Assembly: GCA_963697965.1 (NCBI GenBank)
Contig: OY969108.1
Coordinates: forward strand, 34,455-98,454
Source of the DNA: an uncultured delta proteobacterium
GTDB lineage: Bacteria > Desulfobacterota > Desulfobaccia > Desulfobaccales > 0-14-0-80-60-11
Reading direction: 5' to 3'
Length of the DNA: 64,000 bases
Position numbers and translations under genes: made by a program. Under the pieces are notes generated by a model. It had not been told where the DNA came from. It searched no databases and saw only the letters and a list, made by a program, of their open reading frames with translations. This document shows positions 52,180 to 62,357 of the stretch, in pieces. Position 1 is the first letter of the stretch. Each line of letters opens with the position of its first letter.

Positions 52180-54009
52180 TCAGCCCCCGAAGGGGATCGG
52201 ACCAAAGTGCTCCGCCATCGGACCCAGGACGGCCACCGGCAGGAAGAGCAGGGCGCCGATGATGATTATTGTCCCGAACAAGAGGATGCCAAAGGTGAGG
52301 CTGTCATCCCGCAGGGTTCCCAGGCCAAAGGGGCTCGATTTCTTCTCTCCGAGATAGGCCGCCATGGCGATGGGCGCCACAATCGGCAGATAGCGGCTGA
52401 AGACCATCACCAGGCCCGCGGCGATGTCCCAGGGGATGGCGGTGGGCGCCGGAGTCGGATTGCTGGCCAACCCGTAAACCACCCCTAAACCATCGAAGGC
52501 CGAGCCGTTATTAGCGGAGGCCGAGGAGAACTGGTAGAGCATCTGGGAAAAACCATGCGCCCCGGGATTGCTGACGGCCAGGAGTCCCCAGCTCGTTGCC
52601 GCGAAGATCCCGGTGGGCACGAGAATCATGAACGGATGCACCAGGAGGGCGACCACTGCCAGCTTCACTTCCCGGGCCCCGATCTTCTTGCCCAAATATT
52701 CGGGGGTCCGCCCTACCATCATACCGGCTATAAAAATCCCGATAATGATGTATAAAAGCATGTTGATCATGCCCACGCCCTTGCCGCCGAAGATACAGTT
52801 CACCCACATGCCCCACATGGGCGCCAGGGCGGCAAGCGGGTTGAGGCTGTCTTCCTCGGCGTTCACCGCGCCGCAGGTCACGTCTGTCGTCACCGCGTCA
52901 AAAGTGGCCCCGGCCGAGGTCCCGAAACGCATCTCCTTCCCTTCGAGATTGCCCAGGTGCTGGTCCACCGGCAGGCCGGCAACAGCCGGCAGGGATACCG
53001 CCCGCTTGCCGCCCGGCGCCATGGCGCTGGGAACTTCAAAGGTTCGGGCCTGGGGATGGGCGGTCAATCCCGGGTTCGGTTGCAGCGTGTCGTAGCAGAC
53101 CGACCAGACGACCGTGGCGGCCATCAATATCAGCATGACCGAAAAAATGACGTAAGCATGGCGCATCCGACCGATCATATGACCGTACATCAGCACCAGA
53201 CCAAACGGGAAGACCATCATGGCCAGCGTGTTGAAAAAGTTCGTCAAGCCGGTGGGATTCTCAAAAGGGTGCGCCGAGTTCATCCCGAAAAATCCGCCCC
53301 CATTGGTCCCGAGCATCTTGATGGACTCAAAGGCGGCCACCGGGCCTACCACGATGGTCTGCGGCTTCGCCTCGCCCTTGTCCGTGGTTCCCATGACCGC
53401 AGGTTCGAGGGTCGAAACCTGATAAGAACTTTTTAAGGTCATCGGACTGCCTTGCACCAGAAATAAGAGGGCTACGACAAAGGCGATGGGCACGAACATG
53501 TAAACCAACACCCGCCACATGTCCAAGAAATAGTTGCCTACCGTGGAATCGCTGCGCAAAGCCCGGATCACCGCGCAGAGGGCGCTTAAACCGACGGCTG
53601 CGGACAAGAAGAGATTGGCGATGGCAAAGAAGATCTGGCTAAAGTTCGATAAAATCACCTCCCCGGCATAGTGCTGGAGGTCGGTGTTCGTCATGAACGA
53701 GGTCACGGCTTGAAAGATGGTGCTGGGGAAAATCGCCCCCTTGCCATCCGGATTGAGCGGCATCCAGGGCTGGAGCGTCAGCACCAGATAGCCGAACACG
53801 AACAGGACGGCATTAAAAATGAGCAGAGAGGCGGTGTACTGCTTCCAGTTCTGGGGGCCGCTGTCCAGGCGCTTCTCGAACCAGCGGAAGACCGGCAGAG
53901 GCCGGTATTTCCCGTCCATGATCCACGCCATGTAACGGCCCAGGGGGAAGGCGACGAGGGTCGCCGTGGCCAGAAGCGCAAAAGGAATTAACCAGGTTTG
54001 GATAAACAT
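52180..54009 (-). CDS. kdpA: K+-transporting ATPase subunit A
   Basis: SFMTNT, LGTNGGG, NSAHPFENP and NNGSAF motifs. Confidence 0.96.
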   Translation of the reverse strand: MFIQTWLIPFALLATATLVAFPLGRYMAWIMDGKYRPLPVFRWFEKRLDSGPQNWKQYTASLLIFNAVLFVFGYLVLTLQPWMPLNPDGKGAIFPSTIFQAVTSFMTNTDLQHYAGEVILSNFSQIFFAIANLFLSAAVGLSALCAVIRALRSDSTVGNYFLDMWRVLVYMFVPIAFVVALLFLVQGSPMTLKSSYQVSTLEPAVMGTTDKGEAKPQTIVVGPVAAFESIKMLGTNGGGFFGMNSAHPFENPTGLTNFFNTLAMMVFPFGLVLMYGHMIGRMRHAYVIFSVMLILMAATVVWSVCYDTLQPNPGLTAHPQARTFEVPSAMAPGGKRAVSLPAVAGLPVDQHLGNLEGKEMRFGTSAGATFDAVTTDVTCGAVNAEEDSLNPLAALAPMWGMWVNCIFGGKGVGMINMLLYIIIGIFIAGMMVGRTPEYLGKKIGAREVKLAVVALLVHPFMILVPTGIFAATSWGLLAVSNPGAHGFSQMLYQFSSASANNGSAFDGLGVVYGLASNPTPAPTAIPWDIAAGLVMVFSRYLPIVAPIAMAAYLGEKKSSPFGLGTLRDDSLTFGILLFGTIIIIGALLFLPVAVLGPMAEHFGPIPFGG

Positions 54010-54051
54010 ATCTTAAGCTCCTTAGATATTGCAGGATTGCCGTTGCCTGGC

Positions 54052-54132
54052 TCAGAACCATTCCGGCCGGATCAGGGCCACCACCAGGTAAACAAACAAA
54101 AATATCACTATCGCCGCGGTCAAATAGAACAT
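54052..54132 (-). CDS. kdpF: KdpF small subunit (26 aa)
   Basis: MFYLTAAIVIFLFVYLVVALIRPEWF; GAGGTG RBS; directly upstream of kdpA. Confidence 0.9.
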   Translation of the reverse strand: MFYLTAAIVIFLFVYLVVALIRPEWF

Positions 54133-54147
54133 GCGTATCACCTCATC

Positions 54148-54243
54148 CTAGATTTTTTCGCAGCCTATCAGGAACAGGTAACATAATCCCATCGCCACAA
54201 GTCCCAAGAGAAACAGAGCGACCCACCAGATAAACAGGTTCAT
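54148..54243 (-). CDS. 31-aa hydrophobic peptide upstream of kdpF
   Basis: MNLFIWWVALFLLGLVAMGLCYLFLIGCEKI; AAGGAGG RBS. Confidence 0.75.
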   Translation of the reverse strand: MNLFIWWVALFLLGLVAMGLCYLFLIGCEKI

Positions 54244-54477
54244 CAGGGATTCCTCCTTTTCTTCCGCAAAGATGGCAATTTTTTAATTATCCCGCCTCCA
54301 AAGGTCAAGGGCCGACCCCAGAAAAGCGCCCCGGCATTTTGCAAGGAGCCTGGCGCCCACCGGTCAAAGAGACTGGGACCCGGCAAACGCCCATCCAGCC
54401 GAGGAGCAGCGGTCCTGCCGCTGGCGTGCTGAGTACCGGGATCCACTTGGACGCCATTTTCTCATCCCGGGCTAGAG

Positions 54478-54493
54478 AGCATAGTTCGTGCCA
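54478..54493 (-). promoter_or_regulatory. Sigma-54 promoter upstream of the kdp operon
   Basis: The minus strand reads TGGCACGAACTATGCT (GG-N10-GC). Confidence 0.7.
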
Positions 54494-54630
54494 TTCGCTG
54501 GTATTAGATTTTTATATGTAAATTAAGATAGTTACTATCAATGAGCCGCGAAACCACGGGATTGGAGGATTGCAAAATTCAAGAAAGGGGCATCCGGGGG
54601 ATTTCAAACTGAAATGCAGATTGAGTTACT

Positions 54631-56097
54631 TCAGGAGGAGATCAGGGGCAGGCTGAGGATGCAGGTGGTGCCGCAATTAATCTCGCTGTGGATGGCGATC
54701 TCCCCGCGGTGCAGGTCAATCAGGCCCCGGCAGATGGTGAGACCGAGGCCGGTGCCCCCAACCTTCGTGGAGAAAAACGGGGTGAATAGGGATCTCAGGT
54801 GTCCCGGGTCAATGCCCAGACCGGTATCCGCGATGGTGAGCACCAGGCGGTCTTCCTGGACCGCGGTGCTGACCCGCAGCACCCCGCCGTGGGGCATGGC
54901 CTCCAGGCTATTTTTAAAGAGGTTGATGAGCACCTGGCGAATCTGGCCGGGGTCGAAGGCGAAGGCCGGGATCGCCTCCGGGGCCGAAAGCTCCAAGGTC
55001 ACCCCCTGCTCCTGGAAGCCGGCCTCCATCAAGCCTATTACCTGCCGGATCAGGGCCAAAATGTCGCCGGAGACCTTTTGGCTGGGGGTGGGGCGGCTAA
55101 AGGTGCTCAGATCGGCCAGGAACTTCTCCAGCCGATGCACTTCCTGGCAGATAAGTTCCAGGTTTTGCCGGGCCTTTTCGGGAAAATCCTTCTGGCGAGC
55201 CAGTTTCTGGGCAAAGCCGCCGATGCTGGCCAAAGGATTCTTGATTTCATGGCTTATATGGGACACCATCATGCCCAGGGTGGCCAGGCGCTCCTGACGT
55301 ACCAGCTCCTCTTCCAGGCGTTTCCGTTCCCGCAGGTCCCGGAAAGAGCCGATGATTCCAACCTCCCGGCCGCTTTCCCGGAGGAGGCGGGCCGACAGCC
55401 AGACGGGTACCGAAGTGCCGTCTTTAGTGCGCACCAGGGTTTCATAATTTTCCAGGACGCCGGGGCCGCCGTAAGCCGGGGAGTAAATGAGCTCCTTGAT
55501 TTCGTGGGCCAGCCCTTCGGGATAAAAAACATCGACCTTAAATACCCCGATGACCTCTTCCGGCCGGTAGCCCAGGATGCGAGAGGCGCCTTCGTTAAAG
55601 ATGAGGACGTTGCCCAGCAGGTCGTTGACCACGATGCCATCCATGGAGGCCTGCACCAGCGTGCGCTCCAGCTCATCCATCTGGCGCACCTGGCACTCCA
55701 GGTTAAACATCTGGGTGACATCCCGGAAGTTGCACACCGTCCAGGCTTCTTCCTCACCCCCCTCCAGGTGAAAGAAGGTGCCTTCATAGATGAATTTCTG
55801 GCCGTCCACCTCCCGGGTGAGGATGTAGTGGGCCGGGAAGTAAGCCCCCAGATCCAGGGGGCAGAAGCCCATCTCGTTGCCGGAGGTGGTTTGGAAGGGG
55901 CTCCCCAAATCGAAACAGACCCGCCCGGAGATCGCCGGCCATTCCAGGCCAAAGTGCTCCAGGAAGGAGGCGTTGGCGTAAACGATGCGCCTCGTCTCAT
56001 CCAGTACCAGGGTGAAGACGTTCGGAAGGCTATCCAGCAGGCGGCCAAAGAGTCCGCGGGGTGGCCGCCGCCCGGCGGCTTCAGGTTTGCGAACCAT
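54631..56097 (-). CDS. PAS-PAS sensor histidine kinase
   Basis: HEIKNPL, QVLINLFKNS and GTGLGL motifs. Confidence 0.9.
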   Translation of the reverse strand: MVRKPEAAGRRPPRGLFGRLLDSLPNVFTLVLDETRRIVYANASFLEHFGLEWPAISGRVCFDLGSPFQTTSGNEMGFCPLDLGAYFPAHYILTREVDGQKFIYEGTFFHLEGGEEEAWTVCNFRDVTQMFNLECQVRQMDELERTLVQASMDGIVVNDLLGNVLIFNEGASRILGYRPEEVIGVFKVDVFYPEGLAHEIKELIYSPAYGGPGVLENYETLVRTKDGTSVPVWLSARLLRESGREVGIIGSFRDLRERKRLEEELVRQERLATLGMMVSHISHEIKNPLASIGGFAQKLARQKDFPEKARQNLELICQEVHRLEKFLADLSTFSRPTPSQKVSGDILALIRQVIGLMEAGFQEQGVTLELSAPEAIPAFAFDPGQIRQVLINLFKNSLEAMPHGGVLRVSTAVQEDRLVLTIADTGLGIDPGHLRSLFTPFFSTKVGGTGLGLTICRGLIDLHRGEIAIHSEINCGTTCILSLPLISS

Positions 56098-56139
56098 AAC
56101 TCAAGTTAAGTCTTAAATCTTCCCAATGCAATAGAGACG

Positions 56140-56447
56140 CAGTAGTGTTCGGCAAGGTTTTTGCGACGAGGCAGGCACAGGATGAGGGGGGTACGAACTG
56201 TCTTGTAGGGGCGCACCCATGTGTGCGCCCCTTACGAAAGTGGGGGCAGTAGGTAGGGGCGGGTCTTAAACCCGCCCCTACAGGGCGGACACATGGGTCC
56301 GCCCCTACGAAAAACCAGGCAAAGCCACCCCTCACCCGGTGTCGTTCCCTTTCAGGGGGAGGGGAATTAGAGGGCATCGGTATAATATATTGATATTACT
56401 TAAATTACCATGGCCTAGATTATAACTGAGAGATTTAGGGTAATTTT
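56140..56447 (-). repeat. Composite REP/MITE-like element, copy (reverse)
   Basis: End CAGTAGTGTTCGGCA, three GTAG palindromes and CATCGGTATAATAT. Confidence 0.85.
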
Positions 56448-56504
56448 CTCCAGGCACTTTTGCGGCGGAAACTAATGAGTGAGACCTGATTCCTGCGGCC
56501 CATC

Positions 56505-57152
56505 CTAAAAGAAATCGGTGAGATAGGGGTTGTGCAGTTTTTCCCGGCCCAGGGTGGAGGTGGGGGTCTCCCCGTAATCGTGGCCGGGCCAGACCCGGGT
56601 GTCATCGGGCAGTGGCATGATCTTCTCCTCCAGGGAGGCGAGGAGCTGGGGGAGGGAGCCGCCGGGGAGGTCGGTGCGGCCCGCGGCCCCCACGAACAGG
56701 GTGTCGCCGGTAAAGAGGTGGCCCGGGAAATAGAGGCAGATGGAGCCGGGGGTGTGACCCGGGGTGTGCAGGACCTGCGCCTCCTGCCTTCCCAGAGGCA
56801 GGCGCTCGCCGTCCTCCACCAGGAGATCGGCGCGGGTCAGGGGCGGGTAGCCCTCGGCCAGCGCCTCGGCCTGCCTCTCCGGGCGCCGGAAGAACTCCCA
56901 GTCCAGTCGATGGATGGCGATGCGGGCTTCGGTCTCAGCGGCCCAAAGGTCGTTGCCGGCGGTGTGGTCGGCATGGCCATGGGTGTTGACGATCCAGGAA
57001 AGGCGCCAGCCTTTCTGGTACAGGCGCTTGGCCAGAATCCGGGCCGGGCCCCCCGGGTCGATGAGCAGAGCCTCCCGGCTTTCGGAACAGGCCACCAGGT
57101 AGGTGAACACCCTTTGAGGCCCGGAGGGTTCGGTGAAGATACTCAGGGGCAA
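56505..57152 (-). CDS. MBL-fold hydrolase (glyoxalase II-like)
   Basis: THGHADH, TPGHTPG, FTGD and PGH motifs. Confidence 0.92.
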   Translation of the reverse strand: MPLSIFTEPSGPQRVFTYLVACSESREALLIDPGGPARILAKRLYQKGWRLSWIVNTHGHADHTAGNDLWAAETEARIAIHRLDWEFFRRPERQAEALAEGYPPLTRADLLVEDGERLPLGRQEAQVLHTPGHTPGSICLYFPGHLFTGDTLFVGAAGRTDLPGGSLPQLLASLEEKIMPLPDDTRVWPGHDYGETPTSTLGREKLHNPYLTDFF

Positions 57153-57165
57153 GGGCTAAACCGGA

Positions 57166-57714
57166 TTACTTGGCCAAAAAGCTGAAGAGCATCTGCTCCG
57201 TGCGCAGGGCGTAAATCATGGCCTTGATGCTGCGGATTTCGGCCTGCTCATTTTCTGACTCGGCCTCCCGCATTAACCGGTTGTACGTGTCCGGCTGGCT
57301 AGTCCCCAGCAAGGTGGCCTTCTTAAACTTCTCCTCGGCGGATTTCACCAGGCTATCGGCTTGAGTCTGTTCATCCGAGGTCATCTTCTGGTTGATGGCT
57401 TCCTGCTGCTGCTCTTTGGGGGTCAAGAGACGGTCTTTCTGATCCTGGCCGCATTCCTTCTGCAGGATGGCGAACAGGGACTTGGCCTCTTTGGCCATGG
57501 ACTTGGCCTCTGCGGTATAGTGGCCGCCCAGTTTCTTCTCGGCGTTGTCCAGCAGGGTTACCGCTCTTTTATAAATGATCTGGTGATCAGGACCGCAGGG
57601 CACTTTGGAGGCCGGGGATGGCGGGGGCGTCCCGGGTTGGGTCAGGGCCGCGCCCACCACGGGGAAGGCCAGCATGAGAGATAACACCATGGGTAGAAAA
57701 CGTAGTTGGCTCAT
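57166..57714 (-). CDS. Exported helical hypothetical protein
   Basis: Signal peptide MSQLRFLPMVLSLMLAFP; AAGGA RBS; host-like codon usage. Confidence 0.65.
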   Translation of the reverse strand: MSQLRFLPMVLSLMLAFPVVGAALTQPGTPPPSPASKVPCGPDHQIIYKRAVTLLDNAEKKLGGHYTAEAKSMAKEAKSLFAILQKECGQDQKDRLLTPKEQQQEAINQKMTSDEQTQADSLVKSAEEKFKKATLLGTSQPDTYNRLMREAESENEQAEIRSIKAMIYALRTEQMLFSFLAK

Positions 57715-57730
57715 GAGCGTATCCTTTGCC

Positions 57731-57988
57731 TTAGTGAAGTTTGAAGGTCTCGGTGATGGCCCGCTGGAACCGGGGCCGATAGATGATGTCAAAGGCGGTC
57801 TCCTTGCCGGGAAACAAACCCAAAGCCTGGGAGCGGACGTTTTCCACAACTTGTTCCGCCTGCTCCAAGGTAAAGGTTCCGGCCCGAATCTCCGCCAAGG
57901 CCAGGTCCACTAAAAAGCGCAGGTATTTCAGGTTGCGGTTCTCCTCCCGGATGGCCTGCAGTTGCGTCGGATCGTCCCGGTAGGACAA
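57731..57988 (-). CDS. Conserved hypothetical protein
   Basis: LRFLVDL..LFPGKETAFDIIYRPRF; fits within the operon. Confidence 0.7.
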   Translation of the reverse strand: MSYRDDPTQLQAIREENRNLKYLRFLVDLALAEIRAGTFTLEQAEQVVENVRSQALGLFPGKETAFDIIYRPRFQRAITETFKLH

Positions 57989-58044
57989 GGGGTTCTCCCG
58001 GATGGCTAGTAGGAGAACTGGATTTAAACCCGGCCCCCAGCTCC

Positions 58045-59031
58045 CTATTCTACCTTGGGTTTAGGGGGCTGTAAAGGAGAAAGCTGGACCTCCTGGGGGC
58101 TGGGGCGTTTGGCCGGGGAGGGCTGCAAGGGCAGCGGCTGCGGCGGGCACTTGGTGATCTCCCGGGCGATGCCTTCCTTGGCCTTCAGGATGGCGGGGAC
58201 CTTATCCCAATCGATGCGGTCACCCAGTTGGTAGCGCTCCGCCAGGTCCCGGAGGTAATCCAGGGGCGAATCCTGCATTAAATCATAGACATCGGGGTGC
58301 GCTTCCAGAAAGACGCGGCCCTCGGGGGTGACCGCCAGTTTGATGGGGCGGTAGATGATCTTCACCGGGGTGCCTACCGCTACCTGGGGAAAGAGCTGGG
58401 CCATCTCCTGGGGCAGCATGCGGATGCAGCCGTGGGACACGTAGCAACCTATGCTATACGGGTTGTTGGTGGCGTGGATGCCTATCCCCGAGGCGGAGGT
58501 CTCCATATAGTAATGGCCCAGGGGGTTCTTGGGCCCCGGCGGCACCTTTTCCTTCACCTCCAGGCCCTCCTCCTCCATCTCCTCCTGAATGGAGGGCGGC
58601 ACCTGCCAGGTGGGGTTGGTGCGCTTATCTTCGATCTTGTAGGTCCCGGTGGGGGTCTGCCAGGTAGGCTTGCCCAGGGCCAGGGAATAGCAGCGCTGGT
58701 AGGCGCCCTTCTCGAAATGGTACAGCATTAGCTCCGGCAGATTGATGACCAGGCCGTTGTCCAGCTCCGCCGGGACGATATGGGCCGTGTTGATCCTTAA
58801 AACCATGCCCGGCTTTAATCTACAAGGGTCCTTCAGACCGTTGCGCCTGGCCAGCACCGTAAATTTCACCCCTTTTTCCGCGGCCAGGAGGCCCAGGGTG
58901 GTCTTGCCCGGGACCTGGTAATCCTCTGGGCCGCCCACCACCTGGTGATAGAGGGGTGGGGGCTGGCCGGCTCCGGCCCAGGCGCTCTGGGCTAACAGGA
59001 TCATCAGCAGTAAGCAGCAGCGGCGTGCCAT
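58045..59031 (-). CDS. L,D-transpeptidase (YkuD) with LysM-like domain
   Basis: GPKNPLG and IGIHATN..SHGCIRM motifs. Confidence 0.9.
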   Translation of the reverse strand: MARRCCLLLMILLAQSAWAGAGQPPPLYHQVVGGPEDYQVPGKTTLGLLAAEKGVKFTVLARRNGLKDPCRLKPGMVLRINTAHIVPAELDNGLVINLPELMLYHFEKGAYQRCYSLALGKPTWQTPTGTYKIEDKRTNPTWQVPPSIQEEMEEEGLEVKEKVPPGPKNPLGHYYMETSASGIGIHATNNPYSIGCYVSHGCIRMLPQEMAQLFPQVAVGTPVKIIYRPIKLAVTPEGRVFLEAHPDVYDLMQDSPLDYLRDLAERYQLGDRIDWDKVPAILKAKEGIAREITKCPPQPLPLQPSPAKRPSPQEVQLSPLQPPKPKVE

Positions 59032-59033
59032 GG

Positions 59034-59795
59034 CTAAAGATCCACCTCCGCCTCATAAGGAAAATGATCGGAAGGATAGCGGTTATCCTGATGGTCGGTA
59101 ACGATGGCCACCCGGCGGACCCGGAAGCCCGGGGTCGCCAGAATCCAGTCGATCCTCGCCCCCCTGGGCTTGCCGTCAAAATAGTGCTGGGTGGTGGCTT
59201 CCTGCCCCTCAGGGTGCAAGGCCCGCCAGGTATCGAGGAAAGGCCGGCCCTCCCCGATCAATTCCCGATAAACCGGCCCCCCCGGCGCTTCGTTGAAGTC
59301 ACCGGCCAGGATCAGGGTGCGGCTCAAAGGGGCAAAACGGTCCCGGATCATCCTGGCTCCCTGGAGGCGGGCCTCCGGGGAGATGTTGTCCAGGTGGGTA
59401 TCGATAAAGTAGAAGGGCTCGGTCCATCCGGCCCTCCGGAACAGGCCATAGGTGGCCAGGCGGGGAAAGGCGCTGTCCCAACTGCGGCTGCGGTGCACCT
59501 CCGGAGTCTGGGAGAGCCAGAACTCCGCGCTCTCCTGGACGGTAAAGCCCTCGGCCCGGTAAAAGATGGTGGGATACTGGCAGGTTTCATCCACCTGGCG
59601 GTGGGCCGTCAGGGGCAGGTATTCCGGCAAATTTGCCGCAAGTTCGCGAAGCATGGGCACGGTGCCTTCCTGGGTGCCCAGCAGGTCCGGCCGGCGCCGG
59701 CGAATGACGTCCGCCACCAGATCCCGGCGAAACTGCCATTCGTTGGGACCGTCCAGGGGGGTGGCAAAGCGCAAGTTAAAGGTCATGACCAGCAT
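59034..59795 (-). CDS. Endonuclease/exonuclease/phosphatase family protein
   Basis: TFN, QE, THLD, GDFN and SDH motifs. Confidence 0.9.
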   Translation of the reverse strand: MLVMTFNLRFATPLDGPNEWQFRRDLVADVIRRRRPDLLGTQEGTVPMLRELAANLPEYLPLTAHRQVDETCQYPTIFYRAEGFTVQESAEFWLSQTPEVHRSRSWDSAFPRLATYGLFRRAGWTEPFYFIDTHLDNISPEARLQGARMIRDRFAPLSRTLILAGDFNEAPGGPVYRELIGEGRPFLDTWRALHPEGQEATTQHYFDGKPRGARIDWILATPGFRVRRVAIVTDHQDNRYPSDHFPYEAEVDL

Positions 59796-59802
59796 AATAT
59801 CC

Positions 59803-61002
59803 TTAAATAAACCCGGCCCGCAAGGGCTGCGGGAAGAAGAGTTCCTGGGAGGTGCGCAAAAAATAGGCGTCAGTCATGGAGGCCAGAAAATCCCTGACGA
59901 TCTCCGCAGGCTGGTGGGACTCCCGATAGGCAGGGTCCAGGGGGGCCAGGAACTCCCGGTAGATCTGGGAGTCGCGCCGGTCTTGGTCCAGGTCCTCCAA
60001 AAACCGCTGGAACAGACGCTGGCACAGGGCCTCAATCTTGGAGGTTTGCTCCTTGATGCGGGGATTGTTATAGATCCGCTGGTAATTGAATTCCTTGAGC
60101 TGCTTCAACAGGGCCCCCACCTCGGGGCTGTATCCCACGTAGTTCTTGTCGAAACTGTGGCGCAGCAGGTCGGTCACCAGGCTGTAAACGATGGCGCCGT
60201 TGGTGCGGCCCAGGCGGCCCGCCACCTCTGGGGGCAGCTCCTCCCGCTTGACCAGCGACAGGGTGATGGCGTCCTCCAGGTCCCGGCCGATGTAGCTGAT
60301 GGTGTCAGCCAGCCGGACCACGCAGCCCTCCAGGGTCATGGGCTTCAGAGAAAGCTCCGGGTCAGCCGTCTTGCCGCGGAGCTCTTCCTCCAGGTGGGCG
60401 AAGGTCTTGTCCCGCTGAGGGGAGAGGCGCTCCAGGTGGGTCTCCCCGTCGTGGCACAGGATGCCGTCCAGCACTTGCAGGGAGAGATTGAGCCCCCGGC
60501 CGTTTTTCTCCAGGCAGTCGAGAAAGCGCACTCCCTGGATGCTGTGGAGAAAGGGGCCGATGCCGTGGGTCTGGCAGAGGTCGGAGAGGATGTGTTCTCC
60601 GTCGTGGCCGAAAGGGGGATGGCCGATATCGTGGCCCAGGGCGATGGCCTCCAGCAGGTCTTCGTTCAGCCGCAAAAACTTGCCGATGGTGCGGGCGATC
60701 TTGGATAGGAGCTGCACGTGCAGCACCCGGTGGCTGATGTGTTCATGCTCGACGAGATAAAAGACCTGGGTCTTGTCGATATAACGGGTGTAGGCCCGGG
60801 AGTGGAGGATGCGGTCGGCGTCCACCGCGAACTCCTGGCGGTGGCCCCGGGCCACGGACTCTTCAAAGCGGCGGCGGGATGCCTGGACCGAGCGGGTGGC
60901 GTACGGCGACAGCCAGGTTTCCTCCTGCCGCTCCAAGATTTGCCGTAGTTCCGATAACTTGACCATTAAGGCACTATTTCCTAAATCACTATCATAGCAC
61001 AA
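59803..61002 (-). CDS. HD-domain dGTP triphosphohydrolase-like protein
   Basis: KTQVF, HDIGHPPFGHDGE and MTD motifs; start codon uncertain. Confidence 0.85.
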   Translation of the reverse strand: MCYDSDLGNSALMVKLSELRQILERQEETWLSPYATRSVQASRRRFEESVARGHRQEFAVDADRILHSRAYTRYIDKTQVFYLVEHEHISHRVLHVQLLSKIARTIGKFLRLNEDLLEAIALGHDIGHPPFGHDGEHILSDLCQTHGIGPFLHSIQGVRFLDCLEKNGRGLNLSLQVLDGILCHDGETHLERLSPQRDKTFAHLEEELRGKTADPELSLKPMTLEGCVVRLADTISYIGRDLEDAITLSLVKREELPPEVAGRLGRTNGAIVYSLVTDLLRHSFDKNYVGYSPEVGALLKQLKEFNYQRIYNNPRIKEQTSKIEALCQRLFQRFLEDLDQDRRDSQIYREFLAPLDPAYRESHQPAEIVRDFLASMTDAYFLRTSQELFFPQPLRAGFI

Positions 61003-61302
61003 GAGCCCGCACCCCTCAATAACGGGATGCCGGTAGCCCTACCATTGAAGTGTTTCAGAAATACCTTAAAAGATAGCGGCAGGTTCCGGTAGCCGCAGGC
61101 TTTAGCCTGCGCTCATTTTTATTAAAGGAAATCTGGGATATGACAATAGCAACAGGGAAATCTACCCGGAGATTCGGTCCATCGGGCCGGCAGGCCGAGA
61201 ATTGTTTGGTATTATGGCAAAGGTATGATATTTATTAAGTTTAAGGTAATTTCAGGCCGCCGGGCTTTAAGGTTTTTGGACGCCGGTGCCGGGCCGAATC
61301 TG

Positions 61303-62223
61303 ATGGACGACCGCGCTTATCTGGAAGATTTCCTGCGGTACCTGCGGGTGGAGCGCCAGATGTCGCCCCACACCCTGCGGAGCTATGGTCTCGATATCGG
61401 CCAGTTTTTGGAATTTTACCGCTCCCGTCCGGGAAACCCTGATTTGCGAGAGGTGGCCTACCCGGACCTGCGGGCCTTCCTGGCCCAGGCCCTCAAGGGC
61501 CGGCGCAAGGCCACGGTGGCCCGGAAGCTCTCGGCTTTGCGCACCTTCTGCAAGTACTTGCAACGGCAGGGGGTGTTGGCCGGCAACCCCGCCAGGCTCG
61601 CCCCCAGCCCCAAGCTGGAGAAGCCCCTGCCCCATTTTCTGTCGGTGGACGAGGCCTTCCATTTGCTGGGGTCCTGCGGCGGCGACGCCTTCGGGGCCTG
61701 CCGGGACCGGGCCATTTTGGAGGTCTTTTACAGCGGCGGTTTGCGGCTGTCGGAATTGGCCGGTCTCGACCTGGGGGACCTGGACCTGGACCAGGGGGTG
61801 CTGCGGGTCTGGGGCAAGGGTGGCAAGGAGAGGCTGGCCTTTCTGGGGAAGCCGGCCCGGGAGGCGCTGGCCACCTACCTGGCCCGGCGCCGGCCCCTGG
61901 CGGCCAAAACGGCCGTGGCGGCCCGGACCGAAGCGCCGCAGGCTGCTCCCCTGTTCCTGAACCGGCGGGGGGGGCGCCTCAGCTCCCGTTCGGTGGCCCG
62001 CCTGGTGGGCAAGTGGGCGCGGCTGGCGGGCCTCTCCCAGGCCCTGACCCCCCACGGCCTGCGCCACAGCTTCGCCACTCACCTGCTGGAGGGCCGGGCC
62101 GACTTGCGCACTGTCCAGGAGCTGCTGGGGCACGCCTCCATCTCCAGCACCCAGCGGTATTTGCATACGGACCTCGATTACTTGATGGAGGAATACGATA
62201 AGGCGCATCCCCGGAGTAAATGA
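61303..62223 (+). CDS. xerC: Tyrosine recombinase XerC
   Basis: GLRLSEL, GKGGKER, HGLRHSFATH and LGH..TQRY motifs; upstream of hslVU. Confidence 0.88.
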   Translation: MDDRAYLEDFLRYLRVERQMSPHTLRSYGLDIGQFLEFYRSRPGNPDLREVAYPDLRAFLAQALKGRRKATVARKLSALRTFCKYLQRQGVLAGNPARLAPSPKLEKPLPHFLSVDEAFHLLGSCGGDAFGACRDRAILEVFYSGGLRLSELAGLDLGDLDLDQGVLRVWGKGGKERLAFLGKPAREALATYLARRRPLAAKTAVAARTEAPQAAPLFLNRRGGRLSSRSVARLVGKWARLAGLSQALTPHGLRHSFATHLLEGRADLRTVQELLGHASISSTQRYLHTDLDYLMEEYDKAHPRSK

Positions 62224-62357
62224 AGGGGGAAAAGGGAAAAAGGGGAAAGGGCAAAATACCAGGCCAGGTCTTAACCGTTTAACCTTTTCGCCTTTTACCC
62301 CTGCCTGTTTACCCTTTTACCCTTGCTGGTTCAACCAGCCAGATAGGAAGTTATTTG

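Noticed and set aside
54300-54470. c-di-AMP (ydaO) riboswitch upstream of kdp
   Set aside because: Consensus elements were not recognisable by eye; a covariance-model search would be needed.
61303-62223. Tyrosine recombinase as a phage or integron integrase
   Set aside because: The XerC-type sequence in xerC-hslV-hslU context is housekeeping; there is no IntI insertion or att site.
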